Source: Amycolatopsis vancoresmycina
GTDB lineage: Bacteria > Actinomycetota > Actinomycetes > Mycobacteriales > Pseudonocardiaceae
Reading direction: 5' to 3'
NCBI RefSeq assembly: GCF_000716785.1
Contig: NZ_JNYY01000016.1
Span: 179,259 to 243,258, forward strand
Length of the DNA stretch: 64,000 bases
In this document: piece by piece, positions 11,211 to 23,299 of the stretch
Numbering within the stretch: position 1 is the first letter of the stretch
Layout: every line of letters begins with the position of its first letter
The notes under the pieces: generated by a model
Seen by the model: only the letters and a program-made list of their open reading frames with translations
Told to the model about the DNA's origin: nothing
Database searches by the model: none
Translations under genes and position numbers: made by a program

Positions 11211-11415
11211 CCACGGGTGCGGCGGCGGCCGGTGGGCACAATTCCACATTCCCCCGTTCCCGCCGGCCGCCGCCGTGAAATTTTCATTCGTCGGCTCCGC
11301 CTTTCAGCCGAACGGTTCGGCGGATCCGCGCCGCCTCTTGTGAGCGTGAACATCCGATGCCACACTGCGTTCACCGTCACCCAGGAAAGGCGGCGGCCGG
11401 AAAGTTCCGCGGTGA

Positions 11416-14228
<2,813 letters not shown>

Positions 14229-14253
14229 AATTTTCGTCGAGCGAAGGAACACC

Positions 14254-16227
14254 ATGTCGTTACGTTCGCCGGTCCTGGCGGCGGCCACCGCGGTCGCCGC
14301 CGGGGCGGCCGCGACCCTGGTCGCGCTGTCCGCCCCCGCCGCGGCCGCCACCGGCTGCTCAATCAGCTACACGAAGACGTCGGAGTGGCAGGGCGGGTTC
14401 GGCGCGTCCGTGTCGATCACCAACCTCGGTGACGCGGTCAGCGGCTGGACGCTCGAGTGGTCCTTCGCACCCGGCCAGCAGGTGGGCCAGCACTGGAACG
14501 CGACGCTCACCCAGGACGGCACGCAGGTGACCGCGAAGAACGTCGCCTACAACGCCGCCATCCCCACCGGCGGCAAGGCGGAGTTCGGGTTCAACGGCAC
14601 CTTCTCCGCGAGCAACCCGGTTCCCTCGTCGTTCCGGCTCAACGGCACCACGTGCACCGGCGGCGTCGACACGCCGACACCCACGACGACTCCCACCACC
14701 CCGACCACCACGACGACGCCGAACCAGCCGGGCACCTTCACGAACCCGGTGGTGTGGCAGGACTTCGCCGACGGCGACATCATCCGCGTCGGCGACACCT
14801 ACTACTACTCGGCCTCCACGATGCACTACTCGCCGGGCGCGCCGATCCTGCGCTCCTACGACCTGGTGCACTGGGAGTACGCCGGCCATTCGGTGCCGAA
14901 GCTGGACTTCGGCGCCAAGTACGACCTGAACGGCGGACGCGGGTACGTCCGCGGCATCTGGGCGTCGTTCCTCAACCACCGGGCGAGCAACAACACGTTC
15001 TACTGGGGTGGCTGCATCGACTTCGCCAAGACCTACATCTACACCGCCACCGCGGTGGACGGCCCGTGGTCGCGGCACACGACGATCGACAAGTGCTACT
15101 ACGACGCCGGGATGCTCATCGACGACGACGACACGATGTACGTCGCCTACGGCAACACCACCCTCAGCGTCGCCCAGCTGTCCCCCGACGGGAAGACGGA
15201 AGTCCGTTCGCAGCAGGTGTTCCAGACGCCGTCGAACATCGGCACCCTGGAGGGTTCGCGGTTCTACAAGCGCAACGGCAGCTACTACATCTTCGCCACG
15301 CGCCCGGCCAACGGCCAGTACGTCCTGAAGGCCAGCAACCCGTTCGGCCCCTACACCGTGCAGCAGGTGCTGCTGGACCTGCCGGGCCCGATCCAGGGCG
15401 GCGGCGTGCCGCACCAGGGCGGGCTGGTGCAGACGCAGAACGGCGACTGGTACTACATGGCTTTCGTCGACGCCTACCCCGGCGGGCGCGTCCCGGTGCT
15501 GGCCCCGATCACCTGGACGGCCGACGGCTGGCCGCGGCTGCAGACGGTCGACGGGCGCTGGGGCGTCACGTACCCGAAGCCGAACCTGCCGCCGCCACCC
15601 CGCCAGGTCGAGCCGATGACCGGCACGGACACCTTCCAGGGCACCGCGCTCGGGCCGCAGTGGGAGTGGAACCACAACCCGGACCCGGCGAAGTTCTCGG
15701 TCGGCAACGGGCTGAAACTGTCCACCGCCACGGTCACCAACGACCTGTATTCGGCCCGCAACACGCTGACCCGCCGCATCCAGGGCCCCACCTCCACCGC
15801 GACGGCCACGCTGGACCTGACGTCGATGCGGGACGGCGACCGGACCGGGCTCGCGATGCTGCGCGACTCGTCGGCGTGGATCGGTGTCAAGCGCGACGGC
15901 GGCCGCAACCGCGTCGTCATGGTCACCGGACTGACCATGGACGGGAACTGGAACACGACCGGCACCGGCACCGAGGTCGCGGCCGCGGACCTGCCGGGCA
16001 CGAAGATCTGGCTGCGCGCCAACGCCGACATCCGCCCCGGCACCGGACGGCAGGCCCGGTTCTCCTACAGAACGGACGGGGTGACGTTCACCCCGCTGGG
16101 CAGCGGGTTCACGCTGAACAACGCGTGGCAGTTCTTCATGGGCTACCGGTTCGCCGTGTTCGACTACGCGAGCCAGTCGCTCGGCGGCGCGGTCACCCTG
16201 CAGCGGTTCGACCTGACCACGCCGTAA
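14254..16227 (+). CDS. Secreted CBM2-GH43 beta-xylosidase/alpha-L-arabinofuranosidase with a C-terminal beta-sandwich
   Basis: After the signal peptide comes an N-terminal CBM2a (CSISYTKTSEWQGGFGASVSITN...NGTTCTGG) and a PT linker. The GH43 core (FADGDIIRVGDTYYYSASTMHY, EGSRFYKRNGSYYIF) is followed by a laminin-G-like C-terminal domain. Confidence 0.85.
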   Translation: MSLRSPVLAAATAVAAGAAATLVALSAPAAAATGCSISYTKTSEWQGGFGASVSITNLGDAVSGWTLEWSFAPGQQVGQHWNATLTQDGTQVTAKNVAYNAAIPTGGKAEFGFNGTFSASNPVPSSFRLNGTTCTGGVDTPTPTTTPTTPTTTTTPNQPGTFTNPVVWQDFADGDIIRVGDTYYYSASTMHYSPGAPILRSYDLVHWEYAGHSVPKLDFGAKYDLNGGRGYVRGIWASFLNHRASNNTFYWGGCIDFAKTYIYTATAVDGPWSRHTTIDKCYYDAGMLIDDDDTMYVAYGNTTLSVAQLSPDGKTEVRSQQVFQTPSNIGTLEGSRFYKRNGSYYIFATRPANGQYVLKASNPFGPYTVQQVLLDLPGPIQGGGVPHQGGLVQTQNGDWYYMAFVDAYPGGRVPVLAPITWTADGWPRLQTVDGRWGVTYPKPNLPPPPRQVEPMTGTDTFQGTALGPQWEWNHNPDPAKFSVGNGLKLSTATVTNDLYSARNTLTRRIQGPTSTATATLDLTSMRDGDRTGLAMLRDSSAWIGVKRDGGRNRVVMVTGLTMDGNWNTTGTGTEVAAADLPGTKIWLRANADIRPGTGRQARFSYRTDGVTFTPLGSGFTLNNAWQFFMGYRFAVFDYASQSLGGAVTLQRFDLTTP

Positions 16228-16360
16228 CCCGTTCGGCGGTAAACCGGACGCCCCGGGATTTCCACCGGCCTGCACCACGGACTCGCCGCCGTCGCGGTGG
16301 TTCACTGGTCACCGGAGCCGACCCCCAGGGCTCCCGGGCCGCCGGGCCGCACGCCACGAA

Positions 16361-16390
16361 GGTGGCCGCCGCACCGGCCCGGCGGCCACC
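16361..16390. terminator. GC-rich hairpin between convergent genes (GH43 and the protease)
   Basis: GGTGGCCGCCG-caccggcc-CGGCGGCCACC is a perfect 11-bp stem with an 8-nt loop, lying 10 nt downstream of the protease stop. It has no U-tract, as is usual in actinomycetes. Confidence 0.3.
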
Positions 16391-16400
16391 CCTCGGCGGG

Positions 16401-17123
16401 CTACTTCCAGGACTCGATTTCGGCGATCACCTCCCGGGTCAGCCGCACCGCTTCGTTGGACTTCTTGTCCGCCGCCACCCCCGCGTGGATGCCCACGGCG
16501 GCGGGCGAGCGCTCCTCCAGGTACGGCGACACCGGGGCCCCGCTCTGCCCGCCGGAAGTGGAGATCCGGTAGTTCAGGATGCGGGTGCCCGGCGGGCTGA
16601 GCAGCTTGCCGCTGTCGTACCACAGCGAGTTCTCCGGCGCCTTGTCGTCGGGGTAGCCGGCGACCTGCCACGTCGCGGCCTCCAGGCCGGTGTCCGTCGC
16701 GGGAAGCATCTGGTACAGCGTCACCTCAGATGGCAGCGGCGCCGCCAGCCCGAGCAGGCAGTAGTCGTACGGCCGGCCGCCGGAGGGGTACTGCCCCGGG
16801 TAGGTCCACGCGGTCGCCTTGACCACGCCGAACGGCGTCCGGGTGGCGTCCCGGGCGGCCTGGAACGTCACCGCGACGGCCCGGCCGCCGTTGGCCTGCT
16901 TGTAGACCGCGTGGGCCGCGGTCACCACGTACCGCGGGGCGATGGCGAACCCGGTCGACTCCCAGATTTCGCCGTCGGGCATCGTCGCCGACACCAGGCC
17001 GAGGCCCGACCAGGGCGGCTGGGTGGTCTGCTGCACCCGCTCCCGGCCGTCGGGGTGGAACGGGATGCCGACCTGGGCGTGGGCGCGGACCGGCTGGTGG
17101 AACACGGGCAGGGTGGTCGTCAT
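16401..17123 (-). CDS. Cytosolic trypsin-like serine protease (S1 family, V8/Glu-specific-endopeptidase-like)
   Basis: It has a His motif TAAHAV and a Ser motif TSGGQSGAPV (the GxSGxP type), and no signal peptide (MTTTLPVFHQPVRAHAQ). A perfect SD (AAGGAGG) sits 6 nt upstream of the ATG at 17123. It lies 25 nt downstream of the 17149-18552 ORF, so the two form an operon. Its GC content (about 65%) is lower than the flanks. Confidence 0.75.
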   Translation of the reverse strand: MTTTLPVFHQPVRAHAQVGIPFHPDGRERVQQTTQPPWSGLGLVSATMPDGEIWESTGFAIAPRYVVTAAHAVYKQANGGRAVAVTFQAARDATRTPFGVVKATAWTYPGQYPSGGRPYDYCLLGLAAPLPSEVTLYQMLPATDTGLEAATWQVAGYPDDKAPENSLWYDSGKLLSPPGTRILNYRISTSGGQSGAPVSPYLEERSPAAVGIHAGVAADKKSNEAVRLTREVIAEIESWK

Positions 17124-17148
17124 GGCAGTCCTCCTTGGGGTTTCGCGG

Positions 17149-18552
17149 TCAGACCTTGACTCGCCGGGGTGCGGTCGAACGGCTCACGCGCGGCGCCGGC
17201 ACCAGGCCGCCGGTCACCATTTCCTCGACGCGCGCCAGTACGCGGTCGACCTCTTCCGGCGATGCCGCGGTGATTTCCGGGCTGCCGTCTTCGCGGATCC
17301 CGGCCACCGACGCGAATTCGGTGAGCGCCTGGGTGTTCAGGTACGAGACCATCGTCGAGTACTGCTGCGGCGTCCACTCCCCGGATTCGACCTTGGCCAT
17401 GTAGAGCAGCAGTTTCTTCCGCTTGGCCTCCTTTTCGGTGTTGATCCGCTGCTGCAGCCCGTCGTGCTTGGCCTTGGTGACGCAGCCCTGCTGCATCAGC
17501 TGCAGGTCGTAGAAGTGGCTCTCGGTCGACGCCGCGCACGGCACCGCCAGCGCCATCGAGCTGTTGAACCGGACCGGCATCATGCCCTCGAACGTCACCG
17601 TCTGGTCGAAGGTGATTTCCTGGTTGAAGAAGTTGCTGACGTACCCGACGTTGATCGACGTGGTGAACGGCAGCAGTTTCGACGCCCACTTCTCGTCTTT
17701 CGTGGGTTCCTGCGGGGTCGGGTTGGGTTCGAACTTGAACATCCCTTCGCCCGCGGTGATCTGCTTGTTGATCGCCTCGAAGAGGGTTTTGGTGCTGTTG
17801 AGCATCTGCCAGCCGAACTCGTTGCCGCCGCCGCCCTGGACGTACCGGATCTGGACGACGTTGTTCGTGATCAGGTCCTGGGTGATCTTGTCGATGCTGG
17901 TGCCCAGGTTGAACCAGCCGATGTTCAGCCCGACATCGACCTTCGTGCGGGTGTACTCCCAGACCCGCCGGAGGTCGGCGTGGATTTCGGCCACCCACGG
18001 GTCGGCGTAGAGCTCGGCCTCGCCGGAGAGGTTGATCGCGAAGTCCGGCCGCGGTTCCGCGTTGTCCTGCTCGCTGCCCACCAGTTCGGCGAACAGGCTG
18101 TTGCCGCTGCCGATCTGGTAGCCGGTGCTGGCGCCCAGCGACATCTCGTTGGGGAAGGTGGCCGAGCCGCCGGTGCCCATGTCCACGATGTGCTTGGCGA
18201 AGATCGGCTGCACGGTGACGTTGTTCAGCACCAGCGGCACCAGGTTGGGTTTCTTGACGCCGTAGACGTCCCCGATCACCTTGCTGATGTTGGCCCGCTG
18301 GGCCGTGGTGATCTCCGGCACGGCGGTCCCGGACAGGTTGCCGCCGACGCAGCTCTGGTAATCGCCGTTGCCCATGTCGACCCAGTACGGCTTGGCGTTG
18401 ATGCCGTAGTAGTCGACCTTGAAGTTGCGCAACGTCTCGCCGAGGACCGAATCGATCCGCAGCGGGAAGTAGTGGAACATGTCCTGCTTGTCCTTGTCCT
18501 GGTACGCGACGACGCCATCCGCCGCGGCAGGACGGTTGAGCCTTCCGGCCAT
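17149..18552 (-). CDS. Hypothetical Asn/Thr/Gly/Lys-rich protein of unknown function, low-GC and probably horizontally acquired
   Basis: The ATG at 18552 (MAGRLNRPAAADGVVAYQDKDKQDMFHYFPL) is preceded by GGGAG. It encodes 467 aa with about 58-60% GC against roughly 72% in the flanks. The overlapping 17120..18598 frame is Arg-rich junk. There is no signal peptide and I recognise no motif. It has a beta-rich central region with Ser/Gly/Thr alternating segments and an alpha-helical, Lys/Glu-rich C-terminal tail. Confidence 0.6.
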   Translation of the reverse strand: MAGRLNRPAAADGVVAYQDKDKQDMFHYFPLRIDSVLGETLRNFKVDYYGINAKPYWVDMGNGDYQSCVGGNLSGTAVPEITTAQRANISKVIGDVYGVKKPNLVPLVLNNVTVQPIFAKHIVDMGTGGSATFPNEMSLGASTGYQIGSGNSLFAELVGSEQDNAEPRPDFAINLSGEAELYADPWVAEIHADLRRVWEYTRTKVDVGLNIGWFNLGTSIDKITQDLITNNVVQIRYVQGGGGNEFGWQMLNSTKTLFEAINKQITAGEGMFKFEPNPTPQEPTKDEKWASKLLPFTTSINVGYVSNFFNQEITFDQTVTFEGMMPVRFNSSMALAVPCAASTESHFYDLQLMQQGCVTKAKHDGLQQRINTEKEAKRKKLLLYMAKVESGEWTPQQYSTMVSYLNTQALTEFASVAGIREDGSPEITAASPEEVDRVLARVEEMVTGGLVPAPRVSRSTAPRRVKV

Positions 18553-18967
18553 GGGAAACTCCCGAAACGAAGGAAAAGGTGAAGGGGCAGGTGCGCAATT
18601 TCGGTGGCCACCGGTTCCGCGCCTCATCGACGGTACGCAGAATTCGCGTGGCTCCATCAGTCCACGAACTGATGAGCTTCCCTCACCGCGGGTCACGACG
18701 GCTTCCCGATCGCCCGGGATTTCCCCCGGTCCGGCAGAATCGTGCCGCCAAGCGGACCGCTTTCCCCGTGGCGAGGCCACGGCGGCTTCCCCGCCCCGCC
18801 ACCGGAAACCGGGCCGGCACCCGCGCCGCCGCCCGGTGAACATCGCTGCTCCACGTGAGGGAAACGCTTACCGTTCGGGGAAATCCCGGCGCGGCGCGGG
18901 TCAGCGGTCCGCGTCCCGGTTACGCCACCCGGAGGACCGGCGCCGATCGATCCGGGTGGTTCCCGCG

Positions 18968-20167
18968 TCAGAACCCGAGCGCCGCCGCCAGCAACGCCGC
19001 CACCGCGGCCCGGTGTTCGGGCCGGTCCGCCCACCGCAGCAGCCTTCCGGCCTCCACCACCACGCCGAAACCCGCGTGCACCAGCACCCGCGCCTGGCGC
19101 GCGTCCAGCTCCGGGCGCGCCTCCCGCAACTGCTGCTCCCACACCGCGATGTGCTCGCGCTGCGCCGCCACCAGGGGGCGGCGCAGCGCCGCCGGGAGGC
19201 CCGCGATCTCCGCGTCGGCCACGCTGGTGAGCGCGTGGTGCTCGAAGCTGTAGGCCACGTAGGTCGCCGTCAGTGCGGCCAGCGCGTCGTGCGGGCCCGC
19301 CGTCCCGCGGACGTTGTGCTCGACCGCCTGGGCCAGCAGGCCCGCGGCCTGCAGGCAGGCCGCGGCCAGGATGTCGGCCTTGCCGGGGAAGTACCGGTAG
19401 AGCGCGGACGGCACCAGGCCCACCGCCTCGGCGATCCGGCCGTTCGTGACCGTGGCGAAGCCGTCCCGCTCGAACAGCGGGACGGCGGCCGCGAGGATCT
19501 CCGACCGGCGGGTGCGGGGCACGGGCGCGGCCGGGAGTTCGACGACGCGCGCGTTCGCCGCCGGAGCCGTCGCGGCCACGCGCAGCGCCGCCTCCTGCAG
19601 GAGGGTCTCGGCGCGGCGCTGGGCGATCGACGTGTGGTGCATCGTGACGGACCCGATCGCCCCGAGCGCGGCCACCGCCCGCAGCTGCTCGCCGGGCCAC
19701 GGGTGCGCGCGCCGCACGGCGTCCGCGACGCGGCCGACCACCGACGCGAACTTCGCCCGCAGCAGCCTGCGGTCCGCGCGTTCGAGGTACCGGGCTTCCC
19801 ACCGGTACACGCCACCGGACGCGCGGTGGGCGACGGTGACCCGGGTGACGGCGGCGAGGACGTCCGGCAGCCCGGCGTCCGCCGGGACCTCGCCGAGCGC
19901 CGCGACCAGCCGGTCCGCCATGACGTTCGCGCACTCGGCGAACAGCGCGTACTTGTTCGGGAAGTGCCGGTACAGGGCGGCCGCGGTGATGCCCACGCGC
20001 GCCGCGATCTCCTCCATCGACGCCGCGTGGTAGCCGCGCTCGCTGAACAGCGTGGCGCCCGCTTCGACGATGAGCTGCCGCCGGTTGCGCGGCCGGACGG
20101 CCGCGGCGGGCCCGGCCGTCACCGCGGCCGCCGGGGCGAGGTGCGCGGGGCCATGGGTGCCATCCAA
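18968..20167 (-). CDS. Tandem-duplicated TetR-family transcriptional regulator (two TetR_N HTH domains)
   Basis: The first HTH is LIVEAGATLFSERGYHAASMEEIAARVGITAAALYRHFPNKYALF and the second is EILAAAVPLFERDGFATVTNGRIAEAVGLVPSALYRYFPGKADIL. The overlapping 18693..20171(-) and 18479..20182(+) frames are artefacts. Confidence 0.8.
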   Translation of the reverse strand: MDGTHGPAHLAPAAAVTAGPAAAVRPRNRRQLIVEAGATLFSERGYHAASMEEIAARVGITAAALYRHFPNKYALFAECANVMADRLVAALGEVPADAGLPDVLAAVTRVTVAHRASGGVYRWEARYLERADRRLLRAKFASVVGRVADAVRRAHPWPGEQLRAVAALGAIGSVTMHHTSIAQRRAETLLQEAALRVAATAPAANARVVELPAAPVPRTRRSEILAAAVPLFERDGFATVTNGRIAEAVGLVPSALYRYFPGKADILAAACLQAAGLLAQAVEHNVRGTAGPHDALAALTATYVAYSFEHHALTSVADAEIAGLPAALRRPLVAAQREHIAVWEQQLREARPELDARQARVLVHAGFGVVVEAGRLLRWADRPEHRAAVAALLAAALGF

Positions 20168-20302
20168 CCACAGCGCGGCTAGGTCTTGCCGACCCGCGAG
20201 CGACCTCTTATGTTAATGAGGAATCTCGTCTTGATGCCCTGCCGCACGATGGATCACGACCGCTGAACGGCCTACTGCCTACCATGGAAGCTAGGTAAGT
20301 AA

Positions 20303-21481
20303 ATGAGCAATCTCAGCAGGAGGAACGTCCTTACGCTCGGTGTCGCGCTGGGTCTGGTGAGCGCGGCGAGCGTCGTCCCCGCCTGGGCGGCCGGCGCCGC
20401 CGACCCGTGGTGGGTCTGGGACGACGAGGTGGACCGCCTGGTCGCGGGCCTCGTCGACGGCGGTCAGGTGCCCGCCGTCAACACCGCGCTGCGGTCGTGG
20501 GTGAACAACGGCGACCCGCTGCCCGCCGGGCTGCCGTCGGGCCTGGCCGGCTGGCTCGGGCGGGTGAACGGGCTGCCGTCCTGGGCCGACGCCGCGAAGC
20601 TGCGGCGCGCCGCCGACTTCAACCGCCGCAAGGACACCTACCTGTTCATGCTGTACGGCCTCGGCAGCGGCATCATGAGCACGGTCATCCCGCGGGAGGC
20701 CCGGTCGGTCTACTGGTCGGCGGGCGGGGCGAACATGCAGGACCGCGCGGCCAAGACGTTCACCTTCGGCTACGACCTCAGCGACCTCAACGCGTTCGAA
20801 CCCTCGGGCCAGTTCGTCGTCACGGCCAACAAGACTCGGCTGGTGCACGCGGCGGTCCGGCACCTGCTGCCGCAGTCACCGCACTGGCGGGCGGTCTCCG
20901 ACGAGCAGGTGCCGATCAGCAACGGCGACATCCTGGTCACCTTCCACAGCCTCGGCACCTTCGTGCACCGGAAGCTGCGCGAATGGCACGTCCCGATGTC
21001 GGCCGCCGACGAGGAGGCCTTCCTGCACCAGTGGCAGGTCGCCATCCACCTGCTCGGCGTGCGCGACGAGTTCATCCCGAAGACGTGGGCGGAGGCGGAC
21101 GCGCAGTCGGCCCAGGTGCTCACCCCGCTCCTGGCCCCGACGACCGAGGGCAAGGAGCTGGCCGAGGACCTGCTCGGGCTGACCGCGCAGATCGACCTCG
21201 GCGTCACCCGCGGGTTCCTCAACGAGTTCGTGCGGTACGTGCTCAGCGACGAGGTCGGCGACTGGCTCGGCCTGCGTCGCGACTACGCGGCCGCCGCGCT
21301 GGTGCGCACCGGGTGGCCCGCCTACATCGCGTTCCGCGAGGGCCTGCTGCCGATCGCCCCGGCGGGTTTCTACCTGTTCGACCAGTTCCTGCGCGCGATC
21401 GCCATGCTGTTCCTCAACAAGGCGTCGTCCCCGGCGAGCACGCCGATCACCATCCCGACCGGGAACCGGCCCGGCGCCTGA
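20303..21481 (+). CDS. Tat-secreted oxygenase of the MpaB/DUF2236 family (latex-clearing-protein-like)
   Basis: It has a twin-arginine signal (SRRNVLTLGVALGLVSAASVVPAWAAG). The size and the conserved HxxxPxxxxxW-type core are consistent with DUF2236 oxygenases, but this is a family-level call only. Confidence 0.55.
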   Translation: MSNLSRRNVLTLGVALGLVSAASVVPAWAAGAADPWWVWDDEVDRLVAGLVDGGQVPAVNTALRSWVNNGDPLPAGLPSGLAGWLGRVNGLPSWADAAKLRRAADFNRRKDTYLFMLYGLGSGIMSTVIPREARSVYWSAGGANMQDRAAKTFTFGYDLSDLNAFEPSGQFVVTANKTRLVHAAVRHLLPQSPHWRAVSDEQVPISNGDILVTFHSLGTFVHRKLREWHVPMSAADEEAFLHQWQVAIHLLGVRDEFIPKTWAEADAQSAQVLTPLLAPTTEGKELAEDLLGLTAQIDLGVTRGFLNEFVRYVLSDEVGDWLGLRRDYAAAALVRTGWPAYIAFREGLLPIAPAGFYLFDQFLRAIAMLFLNKASSPASTPITIPTGNRPGA

Positions 21482-21535
21482 CGGGGTGACCGCTCCGGTC
21501 ACCGGACCGTGACCCGGTGACCGGAGCGGGGCCGG

Positions 21536-21820
21536 TCAGCAGAAGTACTGCGCCAGGACGTAACCGCCGTACGGCGAGTTGATGTGCCACCACACGTTGT
21601 CGTTGTGGTTGTCGACGTTCACCCGGACGCCGTAGCCGATCGTCTCGCCCGGGATGGCCGGGCCGCCCGCGTACGAGCGGACCGTGACGCTGTCCGCGCC
21701 GCACTGCCAGCGGACCTCGTCCACCGCGCTGCCGCCGGCGCTCGCGATGCCCGGGGTACCCAGGCAGATCGCCGCGGCCACCAGCACACCCGCTCCGATG
21801 ACGTTCTTCGCACTGCGCAC
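21536..21820 (-). CDS. Small secreted Cys-containing protein (about 94 aa), hypothetical
   Basis: The GTG at 21820 is preceded by GGAAGGA. It has a signal peptide (VIGAGVLVAAAICLGTPGIASA) and lies 16 nt downstream of the 21837-22484 gene, so the two form an operon. The upstream part of the track ORF (to 22114) is Arg/Thr-rich junk. Confidence 0.45.
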   Translation of the reverse strand: MRSAKNVIGAGVLVAAAICLGTPGIASAGGSAVDEVRWQCGADSVTVRSYAGGPAIPGETIGYGVRVNVDNHNDNVWWHINSPYGGYVLAQYFC

Positions 21821-21836
21821 GATCGTTTCCTTCCGG

Positions 21837-22484
21837 TCAGTCGTTGTCGTTGTAGAGGGAAGCCGGCCGCTGGACGCAGCCGATCGGCAGGAACCCCCAG
21901 CCGAGCACGGTGTCGCGCACCACGGCCGCCTGGCCGTCGCGCGTGGTGAAGCGGTAGCGGACGCTGCTCTGCGGCGCGCCCGCCGCCGTCGCCCAGTGAC
22001 CGCCGTTCGACGCGAAGTCGGTTCCGTAGAAGTAGTTGAAGTACAGCGTGCACGCCGGGTTGGCCGGCACCGAGCTGCCGTCGGTCGCCTGGTGGGCGGG
22101 GGCGTTGTAGTCACGGCCCACGGTCAGGCGGTGCGAGATCGTCGCCTGCGTGGTGGCGGAGCAGCTGTCCGCCACCGGCCCGGCGTCGGCGCCCATCGAG
22201 CCCGGGAGCACCCAGCCGCACATGTTGACCGTCGACTGCGCGCGGCCGAAGTGCCAGTTGGCGCTCGTGGTGACCTCGTCGTCGAAGGTGTCCCCCGGCA
22301 TCGCCCGGCCGACGTAGTACCCGCTCGGCTTGTTGACGATCCAGCTTCCGCCCCCGTCGATGGGTGCCCCCGTGCTCGGCGACGGCGCGGTCTTGATCCG
22401 GTGCACCTCCCCGGCCTGCGCGGCGGGCGCCGCCGTCAGCAGCGCCAACCCGAGGGAGACAGCCAGTAATCGGAGTTTTCCCAT
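21837..22484 (-). CDS. Secreted hypothetical protein (215 aa)
   Basis: It has a signal peptide (MGKLRLLAVSLGLALLTAAPAAQA) and a Cys-containing beta-rich mature domain. I recognise no motif. Confidence 0.5.
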   Translation of the reverse strand: MGKLRLLAVSLGLALLTAAPAAQAGEVHRIKTAPSPSTGAPIDGGGSWIVNKPSGYYVGRAMPGDTFDDEVTTSANWHFGRAQSTVNMCGWVLPGSMGADAGPVADSCSATTQATISHRLTVGRDYNAPAHQATDGSSVPANPACTLYFNYFYGTDFASNGGHWATAAGAPQSSVRYRFTTRDGQAAVVRDTVLGWGFLPIGCVQRPASLYNDND

Positions 22485-22603
22485 CGCACCTCGTTTCGTT
22501 CGGTAATCGGTGACCTCACCGAATGGATCCTGGTGAACGGCCGACAGCGGCGGCTAGGGTTCGGGACGCACCCGGACGGATCCGGACGAGAAACGGAGCG
22601 AAG

Positions 22604-23215
22604 ATGCCGACCGGAACGACGACGCAATTGATCGGTGATCTGCACGGGATCCGCCGCAGAAACGGCATGCCGAGCTTCGCGGAACTGGCCCGAAGAACCG
22701 GCTTCCCCCGCAGCACGCTGCACGACGCGCTCCGGGGTGACCGCCTGCCCGCCTGCGACCTGGTGGTGGCGGTGGCCGAGGCGTGCGGCGAACCGGGCCC
22801 AGCCTGGAAGGAACGCTGGATCGCCGCGGCGGCCGCCGAGCAGGACGGCCGTCCGGCACCGTCCGGCGGCCGTCCGCACCCGTCCGAACCGCCGCCGACC
22901 AGGCGGATCAGCGTCCGGACGGCCCTGGTGGTGAGCGCGGCGGCGGCGCTGACCGGCGCCGGCGTGGCGCTGCTCGGCACGGCGGACGAGCCGTGCGTGC
23001 CGGCCCGCGACTACCGGGTCACCCGCGCCGGAGCGGTCCTCGACGCGGCGGGCAGCCCGATCGGCGAGGTCCGCACCGCCGACGTCGTCCAGGTGCGCAC
23101 GCTGACCCACGACCGCTACCCGCACCGCTACTTCGGCACGGTCGCGCGCACCGGGATCAGCGGGTACGTCGACGAGGCCAAGCTGACGTTCACCGCACCC
23201 CGCTGCACGTCGTGA
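22604..23215 (+). CDS. XRE-like HTH regulator with a transmembrane anchor and an extracytoplasmic C-terminal domain
   Basis: The ATG at 22604 is preceded by GGAG. The HTH is SFAELARRTGFPRSTLHDALRG. A TM helix ([19 protein letters not shown]) follows a Pro-rich spacer. Confidence 0.55.
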   Translation: MPTGTTTQLIGDLHGIRRRNGMPSFAELARRTGFPRSTLHDALRGDRLPACDLVVAVAEACGEPGPAWKERWIAAAAAEQDGRPAPSGGRPHPSEPPPTRRISVRTALVVSAAAALTGAGVALLGTADEPCVPARDYRVTRAGAVLDAAGSPIGEVRTADVVQVRTLTHDRYPHRYFGTVARTGISGYVDEAKLTFTAPRCTS

Positions 23216-23299
23216 TCGCGACCCGGGAACCCGCGGCCCCATTCCCGGTGCCGTAGGATCGGCTTCTTCTCGCGGGGGCGGCGATCTTGGGGGAGTTCG

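Noticed and set aside
17149-18552. Interpretation of the low-GC gene plus protease as a prophage capsid and prohead-protease remnant
   Set aside because: There are no other phage genes (portal, terminase, integrase, tail) in the flanks. The protease is S1/trypsin-like rather than a prohead (S78/S80/U9) protease, and the gene order is the reverse of the usual protease-capsid order.
16942-18598. ORFs 16942..18582 + and 17120..18598 - overlapping the low-GC gene
   Set aside because: They are Arg/Gln/His-rich junk. The 17149..18552 minus frame has normal protein composition and an SD.
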